Assembly (NCBI GenBank): GCA_965203485.1
Contig: OZ241892.1
Location: 1,024,001 to 1,088,000 of the forward strand
Length of the DNA stretch: 64,000 nucleotides
Origin: Longimicrobiales bacterium
Lineage (GTDB): Bacteria; Gemmatimonadota; Gemmatimonadetes; Longimicrobiales; Gaopeijiaceae
Reading direction: 5' to 3'
The translations under genes and the position numbers were made by a program. The notes under the pieces are model-generated. The model searched no databases. It saw only the letters and a program-made list of their open reading frames with translations, and was not told the origin of the DNA. Below, piece after piece: positions 17,823 through 28,863 of this stretch (position 1 is the first letter of the stretch; every line of letters begins with the position of its first letter).

Positions 17823-19373
17823 TTGACCGGCGCGGGCGCTTTCGAACGGCTGGAAGCCCTCGGGCGCAAGGCGGCTCTGGGCGGCGGCGAGGACCGCAAC
17901 CAAGCGCAGCGCGCCCGGGGCAAGCTGCTGGCGCGCGAGCGGCTGGACCTTCTCCTCGACGAGGGCTCCTTCGTGGAGATGGACCGCTTCGTGACGCACC
18001 GGTCGCGCGACTTCGGACTGGACGCGCGCAAGTTCTTGGGCGACGGCGTGGTCACCGGGTACGGGACGATCCGCGGCCGCCCGGCGTACGTGTTTTCGCA
18101 GGACTTCACGGTGCTGGGCGGGTCGCTGGGCGAAGCGCACGCCCAGAAGATCGTCAAGGTGCAGGAGATGGCGCTCAAGAACGGCGCGCCGCTGATCGGG
18201 CTCAACGACTCGGGCGGAGCTCGCATTCAGGAAGGCGTGGTGTCGCTGGGCGGCTACGCCGACATCTTCCTGCGCAACACGCTGGCGTCGGGCGTGGTCC
18301 CGCAGGTCAGCGTCGTCCTCGGACCCTGCGCCGGCGGCGCCGTGTATTCCCCGGCGATCACCGACTGGGTCTACATGGTGCGCGGCACCAGCTACATGTT
18401 CGTGACCGGCCCCGACGTGGTGAAGGCCGTCACGCACGAGAGCGTGGACATGGAGAGCCTTGGGGGGGCCGACGTTCACGCGGAGCGGTCGGGAGTCGCG
18501 CACTTCGTCCACGACACGGAGGCGGAATGCCTGGCCGCGGTCCGGGGCCTGTTCCGGTTCATTCCGCAGAACAACGCCGAGACGCCTCCGCCGGGCCCCG
18601 GCGCCGACCCGCGCGACCGCCGCGAGGACGCCCTGGCGACCATGGCGCCCGACAACCCCAACCTCCCGTACGACATGCTGGACGTGGTCCGCGCGGTCGT
18701 CGACGACGGCGACTTCTACGAGGTGCACGCTCGCTTCGCGCCCAACCTGGTGACCGGATTCGCGCACCTGGGCGGCCGTTCGGTGGGGGTGGTCGCGAAC
18801 CAGCCGGCGGTGCTGGCGGGCGCGCTCGACATCGACTCGTCCGTCAAGGGCGCCCGCTTCGTCCGCTTCTGCGACGCCTTCAACATTCCCTTGGTCGTGT
18901 TCGAGGACGTGCCCGGCTTCCTGCCCGGCGTGGACCAGGAGCACGGCGGCATCATCCGGCACGGCGCCAAGCTCCTCTACGCCTTCAGCGAGGCCACCGT
19001 GCCCAAGGTCACCGTCATCACCCGCAAGGCGTACGGAGGCGCCTACGACGTGATGAACTCGAAGCACGTCCGCGGCGACGTGAACCTCGCATGGCCGGGC
19101 GCGGAGATCGCGGTGATGGGGCCGAAGGGGGCGGTCGAGGTCCTGTTTCGCAGGGAAATCGCCGGCGCCGACGATCCCGGGGCCGTGGCCGAGGCGAAGA
19201 TGGCCGAGTACCGCGAGGCGTTCGCGCACCCCTACGTGGCCGCGTCCCGAGGATACGTGGACGACGTGATCGACCCTCGCGACACGCGGCCCAGGCTCGC
19301 GAGCGCGCTCGACATGCTCGCCGACAAGCGGGACGCGAATCCCCCCAAGAAGCACGGCAACGTCCCCCTCTGA
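17823..19373 (+). CDS. pccB: Acyl-CoA (propionyl-CoA) carboxylase carboxyltransferase subunit
   Basis: [39 protein letters not shown]. Confidence 0.93.
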   Translation: MTGAGAFERLEALGRKAALGGGEDRNQAQRARGKLLARERLDLLLDEGSFVEMDRFVTHRSRDFGLDARKFLGDGVVTGYGTIRGRPAYVFSQDFTVLGGSLGEAHAQKIVKVQEMALKNGAPLIGLNDSGGARIQEGVVSLGGYADIFLRNTLASGVVPQVSVVLGPCAGGAVYSPAITDWVYMVRGTSYMFVTGPDVVKAVTHESVDMESLGGADVHAERSGVAHFVHDTEAECLAAVRGLFRFIPQNNAETPPPGPGADPRDRREDALATMAPDNPNLPYDMLDVVRAVVDDGDFYEVHARFAPNLVTGFAHLGGRSVGVVANQPAVLAGALDIDSSVKGARFVRFCDAFNIPLVVFEDVPGFLPGVDQEHGGIIRHGAKLLYAFSEATVPKVTVITRKAYGGAYDVMNSKHVRGDVNLAWPGAEIAVMGPKGAVEVLFRREIAGADDPGAVAEAKMAEYREAFAHPYVAASRGYVDDVIDPRDTRPRLASALDMLADKRDANPPKKHGNVPL

Positions 19374-19568
19374 GTGCGCCGCGAAGGCGGTGCGGGCAAC
19401 CCTCGCGCGTTCTCGGCGCGTCCCATTTCCGAAAGGTCTTTCGGCGGCGGATCTTCCGCCGGAGCGGAGTTCCCGGCGGGGCGAACGGCCGAGACCAGGT
19501 TGCGCCCCGGGCGCCGGCAGCGCTGCTGGGCGAACGACGATTCGGACAACGGGGAAGGGACTGGAAGA

Positions 19569-20522
19569 ATGATCAAGACACCGATGGCACGGCTGGCGCT
19601 GGGGGCGGTCGGACTGGCGATGACGGGTTCGGCTTCGGCGGGCGCGGTCCAGCGCCACCCGCGCCTGCCCGAGATGGACATGCACGTGAAGGCGCCGGCG
19701 ATCCTGGACGCCGTGGGGCACGCGCATTTCGAATTCGGCATCTACGTGGACTGGGGCTGGGACGTCGATGCGCGCATCGACGACGGTGTGCGCATCGCGA
19801 TGGTCGTTGGTGGAGGGCCGGCCGAGGACGCGGGACTGCGCGCAGGCGACGTCGTCGTTTCGGTGGCGGGCCGCGACTTGGCGGAACCGCTGGACGACGA
19901 GACGGAGAGCGAGTTCGAGTCCAATGGGTCGCTGGCCGCGCAGAGGTTCGTGGCCGTATTGGGCGACTTGGAAATCGAAGAGGGAAGCGAATTCGAGTTC
20001 GAGGTGATCCGCGACGGCGAAACGCGAACGTTTCAGGTCGCGCCGCGGAGGCGGACGGCCCTCCTTCGCAGAGACCTTCGCGAGCCCATCGAGCGGTTGC
20101 GGGTTCGTCTGGAGCAGATGCACCACGACGAAGGACGATTTCGCGAGGGCCTCGACCGCCTCAGGGAGGGCTTCGAGCGGATGCGCCTGGACACGGTGGT
20201 GTTGCCGTCCCCGAGCCGGGAGCTCGTCGTGCGATGGGGGGGCAGGTGGAGGACGTGGGACTCCGGCCTCGACTTGGTGGACCTCAACCCGGATCTCGGC
20301 GCCTACTTCGGCGCGTCCACCGGCGTGCTGGTCGCCGAAGCCGACGCCGACTCCTGGACCGGACTGCGCGGAGGAGACGTCGTGACGCACGTGGACGGGC
20401 GGGCGGTGGAAGGCGTCGCCAAGCTGCGCCGGATCCTGCGCTCCTACGACGAGGGCGAGCAGGTCCGCTTCCGCATTCGCCGCGACGGCGAGGAGACCAC
20501 GGTCTCGGCCAACATGAAGTAG
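19569..20522 (+). CDS. Secreted PDZ-domain protein (two PDZ-like domains)
   Basis: Signal peptide, then GGPAEDAGLRAGDVVVSV and GLRGGDVVTHVDGR. Confidence 0.75.
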   Translation: MIKTPMARLALGAVGLAMTGSASAGAVQRHPRLPEMDMHVKAPAILDAVGHAHFEFGIYVDWGWDVDARIDDGVRIAMVVGGGPAEDAGLRAGDVVVSVAGRDLAEPLDDETESEFESNGSLAAQRFVAVLGDLEIEEGSEFEFEVIRDGETRTFQVAPRRRTALLRRDLREPIERLRVRLEQMHHDEGRFREGLDRLREGFERMRLDTVVLPSPSRELVVRWGGRWRTWDSGLDLVDLNPDLGAYFGASTGVLVAEADADSWTGLRGGDVVTHVDGRAVEGVAKLRRILRSYDEGEQVRFRIRRDGEETTVSANMK

Positions 20523-20663
20523 CTTTGCGGAGGGAGGGGCCGTCGTCGCGCTGGGCGGGCCGGACGCTCCCTGCGCGCGGCGGCGGCTTTTCCTGATCCG
20601 GGAGGAGCGGTCGCCGCCTGCACGCTCCGCCAGTCCATCGCCGGCTCCCCGGAGGCGCCGCGC

Positions 20664-22151
20664 TTGATCCAGTCCGTGCTGGTCGCGAACCGGGGCGAGA
20701 TCGCCGTCCGCGTGATCCGAACCGCCCGCGAGCTGGGCATCAAGTCCGTGGCCGTCTTCTCGGAGGCCGACCGCGCGGCTCCGCACGTGGCGCTCGCCGA
20801 CGAGGCGCATGCCATCGGCCCGGCCCCGGCCTCGCAGAGCTATCTCGACGTGCGCCGGGTGATCGCGGCGGCTCGGCGCGCGAAGGTGGACGCGGTCCAT
20901 CCCGGCTACGGCTTCCTGGCCGAGCGGGGCGACTTCGCGGAGGCCGTGGCTCGCGCGGGGATGGCGTTCGTGGGCCCGCGGCCCGACACGATCCGCGCCA
21001 TGGGCGACAAGACGGCTGCCCGCGAGCGCATGAAGGCGGCCGGCGTGCCGGTCGTGCCGGGCACGGCCGAACCGGCCGCCTCGGGTTCGGCGGCGCTGCG
21101 CGCCGCGCGGGCGGTGGGGTTTCCCGTCGTCCTCAAGGCGGCGGCCGGAGGCGGAGGAAGAGGGATGCGGGTCGTGAGCGGCCCCGGCGGCGTGCAGGAC
21201 GCCTTCGCGGCGGCCTCGCGCGAAGCCGAGGCGGCCTTCGGTGACGGACGCGTCTACGTGGAGGCGTTCCTGGAGCGCCCCCGCCACGTCGAGATCCAGG
21301 TGTTCGGCGACGCCCGCGGCTCCGTGGTGCACCTCTTCGAGCGCGAGTGCTCGATCCAGCGCCGCCACCAGAAGCTGGTCGAGGAGGCGCCGTCGCCCGC
21401 GCTCGGCCTCGAGGACCGCGAGCGCATGGGACGCGCCGCCGTCCGCGCCGCTCGGGCCGTGGACTACGTCGGCGCGGGCACGGTCGAGTTCCTCTGGCAC
21501 GAGGGCGCCTTCTACTTTCTCGAAATGAACACGCGCCTCCAGGTCGAGCACCCGGTCACGGAGATGGTGACGGGGATCGACTTGGTCGAGTGGCAGTTTC
21601 GCGTCGCGTCCGGCGAGCCCCTTCCGCTTCGCCAGCAGGAGATTCCGTTGCGCGGGCACGCGATCGAGTGCCGCGTCACGAGCGAATCGCCGTTCGACGG
21701 CCTTCTGCCCGCGGCCGGCGTGGTGGAGGACTTGCAGGCGCCGGGCGGCCCCGGCGTGCGCTGGGACGGCGGCGTCGCGCGCGGCGCCGAAGTCGGCCTC
21801 CACTACGACTCCCTCCTCGGCAAGCTCGTGGTGCATGCCCGCGACCGGACCGGGGCGGCGAGACGCATGAAGCGCGCCCTGCAGGAACTCGAGATCGCGG
21901 GCGTCGCGACGACCGCGCCCTTGCTGGCGCGGATCATGGACGAGCCGGACTTCCTGGCGGGCGCGCTGTCCACCGCGTACCTCGAAGACCATCCCGGCCT
22001 GTTCGATCCGGCCCTGCCGGCCGAGGACGAAGCGGAACTGGCGGCCGCCGCGGCCTTGCTGGAGCACGCAGCGCGGGCCGGAAGCGCGCCCGCCCCCGTT
22101 CGCCGCGAAGACCGGCGGCTCTCGGAGTGGCAAAGAGGGCTTGCGCGATGA
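20664..22151 (+). CDS. accC: Biotin carboxylase subunit
   Basis: VANRGEIA, HPGYGFLAE, RECSIQRRHQK, EMNTRLQVEHPVTE. Confidence 0.93.
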   Translation: MIQSVLVANRGEIAVRVIRTARELGIKSVAVFSEADRAAPHVALADEAHAIGPAPASQSYLDVRRVIAAARRAKVDAVHPGYGFLAERGDFAEAVARAGMAFVGPRPDTIRAMGDKTAARERMKAAGVPVVPGTAEPAASGSAALRAARAVGFPVVLKAAAGGGGRGMRVVSGPGGVQDAFAAASREAEAAFGDGRVYVEAFLERPRHVEIQVFGDARGSVVHLFERECSIQRRHQKLVEEAPSPALGLEDRERMGRAAVRAARAVDYVGAGTVEFLWHEGAFYFLEMNTRLQVEHPVTEMVTGIDLVEWQFRVASGEPLPLRQQEIPLRGHAIECRVTSESPFDGLLPAAGVVEDLQAPGGPGVRWDGGVARGAEVGLHYDSLLGKLVVHARDRTGAARRMKRALQELEIAGVATTAPLLARIMDEPDFLAGALSTAYLEDHPGLFDPALPAEDEAELAAAAALLEHAARAGSAPAPVRREDRRLSEWQRGLAR

Positions 22152-22218
22152 CCGGACGCCGTCGGCCCCGCAGGCGCGAGCCGCCGGTCCTCGTCTTGCC
22201 GCAACCTCGGCCGGGCGC

Positions 22219-22776
22219 GTGACCGCGCGGCCCGCGGTTTCCGCGCGCTACCGGGTCGAGCTCCCCGGCGGCGTCCACGTCGTGGAGGTGGACGAGGGGC
22301 GCGTCCGGGTGGACGGGCGCGAGTTCGCGTGCGACCTCGCGGCGGTCGGCGGAGAGGCGGCCGGAGAGAGCGGGAGGGGCGGCGCGCGGTTCTCGCTCCT
22401 GGTCGACGGGCGGTCGCGCAGGATGACCGCCGCGCGCCGGGCGGACGGCCGCTGGGAACTGCTCTGGTCCGGGCGCGCGGTCGTGGCGGAGGTCTTGGGC
22501 GAGCGCGCCGCCAGGATGCGCGATCTCTCGGCCGCGACCCGGTCGGGCCCGCGCGCGGAGGCGGTCCGCGCGCCGATGCCGGGCCTCGTGGTACAGGTCG
22601 CGGTGAGCGTCGGCGACGAGGTGGCGGCGGGGGACCGGGTGGTCGTCGTGGAGGCCATGAAGATGGAGAACGAGTTGCGCGCCGCGGCCGCCGGGACGGT
22701 GGCGAAGGTGCTGGTCGAGGATGGCGCGGCCGTCGACAAGGGCGACGTCCTGGTCCAGTTCGAGGCGATGCCGTGA
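22219..22776 (+). CDS. Biotin carboxyl carrier protein (start uncertain)
   Basis: APMPG...EAMKMENE biotinylation motif. Confidence 0.88.
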   Translation: MTARPAVSARYRVELPGGVHVVEVDEGRVRVDGREFACDLAAVGGEAAGESGRGGARFSLLVDGRSRRMTAARRADGRWELLWSGRAVVAEVLGERAARMRDLSAATRSGPRAEAVRAPMPGLVVQVAVSVGDEVAAGDRVVVVEAMKMENELRAAAAGTVAKVLVEDGAAVDKGDVLVQFEAMP

Positions 22777-24344
22777 GCCGGTCCGGCGGTCCCTCGTCCG
22801 CCGCGGGCCCTCGCCCTCGCGTCGCCCGCGATTGGCCGGAGGGCTTCTCCGTGGCCGAGGACCTGGGAGAACCCGGCGAGTTTCCCTTCACGCGCGGCGT
22901 CTACCCGTCCATGTACCGCGGCCGCGTCTGGACCATGCGGCAGTACGCCGGCTTCGGCACGGCGGACGAGACCAACCGGCGCTACCGCTTCCTGTTGGAG
23001 CGCGGCACGACCGGCTTGTCGGTGGCTTTCGACCTGCCCACCCAAATGGGACTCGACTCCGACGCGCCGCTCGCCGCCGGCGAAGTAGGCCGGGTCGGCG
23101 TCGCGATCGACTCCATCGCCGACATGCGCGCGCTCTTTCGGGACATCGCGCTGGACGCCGTCTCGTGCTCGATGACGATCAACGCCACCGCGCCCGTCCT
23201 GCTGGCCCTGTACGTCGCGCTGGCCGACGAACAGGGCGTCCCGCGCGAACGCCTCGCGGGCACCGTCCAGAACGACATCCTCAAGGAGTACGTGGCGCGC
23301 GGAACCTTCATCTATCCGGTCGGGCCCTCGCTGCGCCTGGCCGGCGACGTCATGGCGTTCTGCGCCCGCGAGCTGCCGCGCTGGAATCCCATATCCGTTT
23401 CCGGCTACCACATCCGCGAAGCGGGCTCGACCGCGGCCCAGGAGATCGGCTTCACCCTCGCCAACGGCCTCGAGTACGTCGGCCGGGCCCTGTCCCGCGG
23501 ACTGCGCGTCGAGGACTTCGCTCCCCGCGTCTCCTTCTTCTTCGCCGCGCACAACGACCTGTTCGAGGAAGTCGCCAAGTTCCGAGCCGCGCGGCGCATC
23601 TGGGCACGTCTCATGCGCGAGCGCTTTCAGGCGCCGGACCCCTGCTGCCGACTCCGCTTCCACGCTCAGACGGGCGGCTCCACGCTGACGGCCCAGCAAC
23701 CCATGAACAACGTCGTGCGCGTAGCCGTCCAGGCCCTCGCCGCCGCGCTCGGGGGCACGCAATCCCTTCATGCCAACGGCTACGACGAGGCCCTCGGGCT
23801 TCCGACCGCCGCCTCGGCCGCGCTGGCGTTGCGCACGCAGCAGATCCTCGCCGAAGAGTCCGGCGTGACCGCTTCGGCCGACCCGCTCGGCGGCAGCTTC
23901 CTCGTCGAGACCCTCACGCACCGTCTCGAAGCCGAAGCGCTCGGCATCATCGAGCGCGTGGCCGGGCTCGGGGGCGCCGCCGCCGCCATCGACCACATGC
24001 GCGACGAGATTCACCGAGCCGCCTACGAGTTCCAGCTCGCGGTAGAGTCCGGCGCGCGCGCGGTCGTCGGCGTGAACCGGCACGTGAGCGAGGACGCGCC
24101 CGACCCGCCGCACCGGCCCGACTATCGAACCATGGAGGCGCGCCAGAAGGCCGCGCTGGCCGCGCACCGGAGCCGCCGCGACGACGCCGCGGCCGCCATG
24201 CGCCTCGATCGGATTCGTCGCACCGCCTCGCGCGACGAGAACCTGCTCCCCGCCATGATCGCAGCAGTCAAGGCCGGAGCCACGCTGGGCGAGATCAGCG
24301 ACGAACTGCGAGCAGTCTGGGGAACGCGCGACGCTCCCGCCTGA
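22773..24344 (+). CDS. Methylmalonyl-CoA mutase, large (substrate-binding) subunit
   Basis: [45 protein letters not shown]. No B12-binding domain in this ORF. Confidence 0.92.
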   Translation: MSRSGGPSSAAGPRPRVARDWPEGFSVAEDLGEPGEFPFTRGVYPSMYRGRVWTMRQYAGFGTADETNRRYRFLLERGTTGLSVAFDLPTQMGLDSDAPLAAGEVGRVGVAIDSIADMRALFRDIALDAVSCSMTINATAPVLLALYVALADEQGVPRERLAGTVQNDILKEYVARGTFIYPVGPSLRLAGDVMAFCARELPRWNPISVSGYHIREAGSTAAQEIGFTLANGLEYVGRALSRGLRVEDFAPRVSFFFAAHNDLFEEVAKFRAARRIWARLMRERFQAPDPCCRLRFHAQTGGSTLTAQQPMNNVVRVAVQALAAALGGTQSLHANGYDEALGLPTAASAALALRTQQILAEESGVTASADPLGGSFLVETLTHRLEAEALGIIERVAGLGGAAAAIDHMRDEIHRAAYEFQLAVESGARAVVGVNRHVSEDAPDPPHRPDYRTMEARQKAALAAHRSRRDDAAAAMRLDRIRRTASRDENLLPAMIAAVKAGATLGEISDELRAVWGTRDAPA

Positions 24345-24485
24345 CCCGGCGGCCGACAAAGCGACCCGCTGGGACGCCGTGGCTGGTCCGCGCGGGGAGC
24401 CCCGCGACCTGCGGGACTCCGTGTTATTTTGCGGATTGTCCGAGGTTCGCGTTCGGCCAAGACAGGGGGTCGCCCAAGCGTCGCG

Positions 24486-24989
24486 ATGCCGACCTACGAG
24501 TACCGGTGCTCCGAGTGCGGGCACACTTTCGACGTCTTTCAGAGGATGAGCGACGATCCGCGGGCCGAGTGCGGCGAATGCGGCAGTGCGGCCGAGCGGC
24601 TGATTTCCGGCGGGGGCGGCCTTCTCTTCAAGGGCGAGGGCTTCTACATCACCGACTACCGGTCCGAGAGCTACAAGAAGGCGGAACGCGAGGGGGCCGG
24701 CGAAGCGCCGTCGGCTCGAGGCGAGGCCGAAGCCGGCGGCGGCGCGCAGGCGGGCGGCGACGGAGGCTCGGGCCGAACCGAAGACGGCAAGCCGCGGACG
24801 GCCAAGCCGGACGCCGGGACGGCGCCGGACCCGGCCTCGACCGGATCGGGCGGGCGGGCGCGCGAGTCTCGCGGCCGCTCGCCTGCGCGGACCGGGCATT
24901 CCGGGCGGGCTCGGGAACGGCGCGGCGGCGGGTCCGGCGGCTCGGCCGAGAAGCCGCGGGATGCGAAGCGGGGTAGAGCGGGCAAATGA
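24486..24989 (+). CDS. FmdB-family zinc-ribbon protein
   Basis: MPTYEYRCSECGH...CGECG...FKGEGFYITDY. Confidence 0.88.
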   Translation: MPTYEYRCSECGHTFDVFQRMSDDPRAECGECGSAAERLISGGGGLLFKGEGFYITDYRSESYKKAEREGAGEAPSARGEAEAGGGAQAGGDGGSGRTEDGKPRTAKPDAGTAPDPASTGSGGRARESRGRSPARTGHSGRARERRGGGSGGSAEKPRDAKRGRAGK

Positions 24990-26821
24990 GCGCGGGTCCG
25001 GCCGGGCGCATCGCGGCGGCGCTGGCCGGCGCGGCGGCGGAGCTGGGCGCTCCCGGCGTGCAGGTGCGCATGGAGCGCCCCCGCGACGACGGCCACGGAG
25101 ACTGGGCTTCGAACGTCGCCATGGTCCTGGCGTCGAAGTTGCGGCGTCCACCCCGGCGCCTGGCCGAGGACCTGCTGGCGCGGGCCGGGAAGATCGACGG
25201 CGTGGCCCGCGCGGAGGTGGCCGGACCCGGCTTCGTCAACTTCTTCCTCGACGCCGCGGCGGCGAGCGGCGGGCTGCGCCGGATCATCGAGCTGGACGAC
25301 CGCTACGGGTGCAGCGACGACGGAGGCGGGCACCCGGTCATGGTCGAGTTCGTCTCGGCCAACCCGACCGGCCCCTTGCATCTCGGCCACGGCCGCCAGG
25401 CCGCGCTGGGCGACGCCATCGCCAGGCTCTTCGAGTGGTCGGGCTGGAAGGCGCACCGCGAGTTCTACTTCAACGACGCCGGCCGCCAGATCGAACGCTT
25501 GGCCGAGAGCGTCCGCGCCCGCTACCAGCAGCTCCTGGGCCGGGACGAGCCGGTTCCCGCGGACGGCTACCACGGCGAATACGTGGCCGAGATCGCCCGC
25601 GCCTTCCGCCAGAAGAAAGGGGACCGGGTCCTCGACGACGGGCACGGGGCCGCGCTGGCCGCGATGCGCGCCTTCGCCGTGGCGCGCCTGCGGCGAGAGC
25701 ACGAGACGGGACTGGCCGCCTTCGGCGTGCGCTTCGACGAGTACTATCCCGAGACGAGCCTCTACTCGGCCGGACTCGTGGCCGAGACCATGCAGGCGCT
25801 CGAACGGACCGGCCTCACGTACCGGAAGGACGGAGCCTGCTGGCTCCGCACGACCCGCTTCGGCGACCAGAAGGACCGCGTCATGGTGAAGAGCGACGGA
25901 TCGCCCACCTACTTCCTTCCCGACGTGGCCTACCACATGACGAAGTGGGAGCGGGGCTTTCGCCGCGTGGTGAACGTCCAGGGCGCCGACCACCACAGCA
26001 CCGTGAGCCGCGTGCGCGCCGGCCTGCAGGCGTTGGGCCGTCCCGCCGGATATCCCGAGTACGTGCTGCACCAGATGGTCACGGTCGAGCGCGACGGCGA
26101 GGAGATCCGGTTCTCGAAGCGCGCGGGTTCGTACACCACGCTGGCCGAGCTCGTCGCGGAGGTCGGCGTCTCCGTGGCGCGCTACTTCTTCCTCATGCGG
26201 CGTCCCGAGGCCCACCTGGTCTTCGACCTGGACCTCGCGCTGGACCAGTCCGACAAGAACCCCGTGTACAAGGTTCAGTACGCGCACGCAAGGCTGTGCC
26301 GGTTGCTTGACCTGGGCGAGAACGACGGCCGCGACGTTTCCGGCGCGCGGGCCGACGCGGCGTTGCTGGCGGAACCCGCGGAACGCGACTTGGCGGGCCA
26401 GCTGAACGAGTTTCCGTCCGTCGTGCGCCGCGCCGCCGAGAGCCGCGCTCCCCAAGTCGTGTGCGCCTACTTGGAACGGACCGCCGGCCTCGTCAACTCC
26501 TGGTACCAAGCCGGGCACCCGTCGCGGGACCCCGGCAAGGCGGCGCTGGTCGACGACCCGACGCTCAGCGATGCCCGCCTGATGCTCGCCCGCGCCGCCC
26601 GCATCGTGCTCCGCAACGGACTGGACGTTCTGGGCGTGGAGGCGCCGAAGCGAATGCACCGGGTCGAGCCCGCCGCGACCGTGCTCCGCAACGGACCGGA
26701 CGTTCCGGGCGTGGAGGCCCCGGAGCGAACGCACACGGGAGAGCTCGTCGCGGAAGGATCCCGGCCGGCCCCGGCCGGCGCCGGCATGGCGGGACCCGGC
26801 GCGGCCGCGCCTTCCGGCTGA
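24986..26821 (+). CDS. argS: Arginine--tRNA ligase
   Basis: VEFVSANPTGPLHLGH, FSKRAG, QYAHARL. Confidence 0.95.
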   Translation: MSAGPAGRIAAALAGAAAELGAPGVQVRMERPRDDGHGDWASNVAMVLASKLRRPPRRLAEDLLARAGKIDGVARAEVAGPGFVNFFLDAAAASGGLRRIIELDDRYGCSDDGGGHPVMVEFVSANPTGPLHLGHGRQAALGDAIARLFEWSGWKAHREFYFNDAGRQIERLAESVRARYQQLLGRDEPVPADGYHGEYVAEIARAFRQKKGDRVLDDGHGAALAAMRAFAVARLRREHETGLAAFGVRFDEYYPETSLYSAGLVAETMQALERTGLTYRKDGACWLRTTRFGDQKDRVMVKSDGSPTYFLPDVAYHMTKWERGFRRVVNVQGADHHSTVSRVRAGLQALGRPAGYPEYVLHQMVTVERDGEEIRFSKRAGSYTTLAELVAEVGVSVARYFFLMRRPEAHLVFDLDLALDQSDKNPVYKVQYAHARLCRLLDLGENDGRDVSGARADAALLAEPAERDLAGQLNEFPSVVRRAAESRAPQVVCAYLERTAGLVNSWYQAGHPSRDPGKAALVDDPTLSDARLMLARAARIVLRNGLDVLGVEAPKRMHRVEPAATVLRNGPDVPGVEAPERTHTGELVAEGSRPAPAGAGMAGPGAAAPSG

Positions 26822-26824
26822 GCC

Positions 26825-27802
26825 GTGTCCGTGCTCGTGGTGGGGAGCGTGGCGCTCGACACGGTGGAGACGCCCGCGGACCGGGCCGACCGCGTCGTCG
26901 GCGGATCGGCGGTGTTCTTCGCGTCGTCGGCGTCCTTGCTCGCGGACGTGCGGGTGGTGGGCGTCGTGGGCGAAGACTACCCGCTTGACCGGCTGGCGTT
27001 CCTCGCCGGCCGAGGCGTCTGCCTGCGGGGCGTAGCGCAGGCGCCGGGCGAGAGCTTCTTCTGGGCGGGCCGCTACAGCGCCGGCTTCGCTGCGCGCGAG
27101 AGCCTCGAGACGCGGCTCGGCGTCTTCGCCTCCTTCAGCCCCGACATGCCGGCCGCCTACCAGGACTCGGACGTTGTCTTCCTCGGCAACATCGATCCGG
27201 CGCTCCAGTTGCGCGTGCTCGACCAGATCGACGCGCCGGCGCTGGTCGCCGCCGACACGATGGACTTCTGGATCGAGGGTGCGCGGGACGCGCTCCTCGA
27301 AGTCGTGAGCCGCCTCGACGTGCTGTTCTGCAACGACGAGGAGGTGCGCGCTCTGGCGGGCGAGCCGAATCTCGCCGCTGCGGCCCGCTGGGTGCGGGCG
27401 CGCGGGCCGGACGCCGTCGTGGTCAAGAAGGGCGAGCACGGAGCCGTCGTCTTCTCGGAAGACTGGACGTTCTTCGTCGCCGGCTATCCTCTCGATGCGG
27501 TCGTGGATCCGACGGGCGCGGGCGACGCGTTCGCGGGCGGCTTCCTCGGCCGTCTCGCCGCCGCCGGCATTGGCGACAGAGAGGAATGGAAGCGCGCGGC
27601 CGCCACCGGCTCGGCCATGGGCGCGTTCGCCGCCGAAGCCTTTTCGGTGGACCGGTTTCGCGACCTGCGCCGGGTGGACGTGGATGCGCGGGTGCGTGAA
27701 CTGGCGAGGATGACGGAGTTCGAGCCCTCGCCCGCGCCGGTTCGACGCTGGCGGCGGGGCTGTCCGGACAGGGTTGTTTCTTCTTCGCCGACACCGGCAT
27801 GA
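26825..27802 (+). CDS. PfkB-family carbohydrate kinase
   Basis: VVGSVALD...GGS, DPTGAGDAFAGG. Confidence 0.88.
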   Translation: MSVLVVGSVALDTVETPADRADRVVGGSAVFFASSASLLADVRVVGVVGEDYPLDRLAFLAGRGVCLRGVAQAPGESFFWAGRYSAGFAARESLETRLGVFASFSPDMPAAYQDSDVVFLGNIDPALQLRVLDQIDAPALVAADTMDFWIEGARDALLEVVSRLDVLFCNDEEVRALAGEPNLAAAARWVRARGPDAVVVKKGEHGAVVFSEDWTFFVAGYPLDAVVDPTGAGDAFAGGFLGRLAAAGIGDREEWKRAAATGSAMGAFAAEAFSVDRFRDLRRVDVDARVRELARMTEFEPSPAPVRRWRRGCPDRVVSSSPTPA

Positions 27803-28863
27803 CGCTCGGCGCGCCGCCGGGCCCGGGCCGAGAGGCGCCGGCCTACAAGGCCGCGGGCGTGGACCTCGACGCGGCGGTGCGCGCCAAGCGCTCGTTCTCC
27901 GCGTTGCTGGACTCGACGCGCGACGCCCGCACACTGAGTGGCTTGGGCGCTTTCGGCGGCTGCTACGCTGTGCCCGGCGGCATGGCCGAGCCCGTCTTGG
28001 TGGCCAGCGCGGACGGAGTGGGAACCAAGCTCAAGGTGGCCTTCGCCGCGGGGCGGCACGATTCGGTGGGGCGCGACTTGGTGAACCACTGCGTCAACGA
28101 CGTCCTCGTGCAGGGGGCGCGTCCGCTCTTCTTCCTGGACTACCTGGCCGTCGGCGCGATGGACGAGCGCGTGCCTCGGGCAGTCGTCGAAGGGCTGGCG
28201 CGGGGATGCCGCGAGAACGCCTGCGTGCTGCTCGGCGGAGAGACGGCCGAGATGCCCGGCTTCTACGCCCCCGGCGAGTACGACTTGGCGGGCTTCGTCG
28301 TGGGCGCCGTGGACAGGCGGCAGCTCCTCGACGGCGCGGCCCTGCGCCCGGGCCACCGTCTCGTGGGCTTGGCGTCCGACGGCCTCCACACGAACGGCTA
28401 CACGCTGGCCCGGTCGATCGTGTTCGAGCGCATGGGGCTGGAGGCGGGCGACCCGTTTCCGGGCGAAGGCGGCGCTTCGGTGGCGGACGTGCTGCTGCGC
28501 GTGCACCGGTCCTATCTCGGCGTGGCCGCTCCCTTGCTCGACGCGGGCGCGCTGTCGGCCATGGTCCACGTTACCGGAGGCGGCATCGAAGGGAACCTGC
28601 CGCGGGTGTTGCCGGAGGGTCTCGGCGCCCGCGTGGACTGCGCCTCGTGGCGGGTTCCGGGCGTGTTCGAGACGCTGGCCGACGGCGGACGGGTGCGCGC
28701 GCGCGAGATGTACCGCGTCTTCAACATGGGCGTCGGCATGGTACTGGCCGCGCCGCCGGAGCGGGTGGGCGACGTGCTGGCCGCCGCCCCGGCCGGCGAG
28801 GCTTGGGAGATCGGAGACGTGGTGGAGGGCGAGGGCGTGGAAATGGCGGCCGTGCGGCAATGA
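27799..28863 (+). CDS. purM: AIR synthetase
   Basis: DGVGTK, GGETAEMPG, GLHTNGY, HVTGGG, FNMGVG. Confidence 0.95.
   Translation: MTLGAPPGPGREAPAYKAAGVDLDAAVRAKRSFSALLDSTRDARTLSGLGAFGGCYAVPGGMAEPVLVASADGVGTKLKVAFAAGRHDSVGRDLVNHCVNDVLVQGARPLFFLDYLAVGAMDERVPRAVVEGLARGCRENACVLLGGETAEMPGFYAPGEYDLAGFVVGAVDRRQLLDGAALRPGHRLVGLASDGLHTNGYTLARSIVFERMGLEAGDPFPGEGGASVADVLLRVHRSYLGVAAPLLDAGALSAMVHVTGGGIEGNLPRVLPEGLGARVDCASWRVPGVFETLADGGRVRAREMYRVFNMGVGMVLAAPPERVGDVLAAAPAGEAWEIGDVVEGEGVEMAAVRQ

Noticed and set aside
22773..24344. Mutase lacking a cobalamin-binding domain, read as a truncation
   Set aside because: Split mutases with a separate B12-binding subunit are common.
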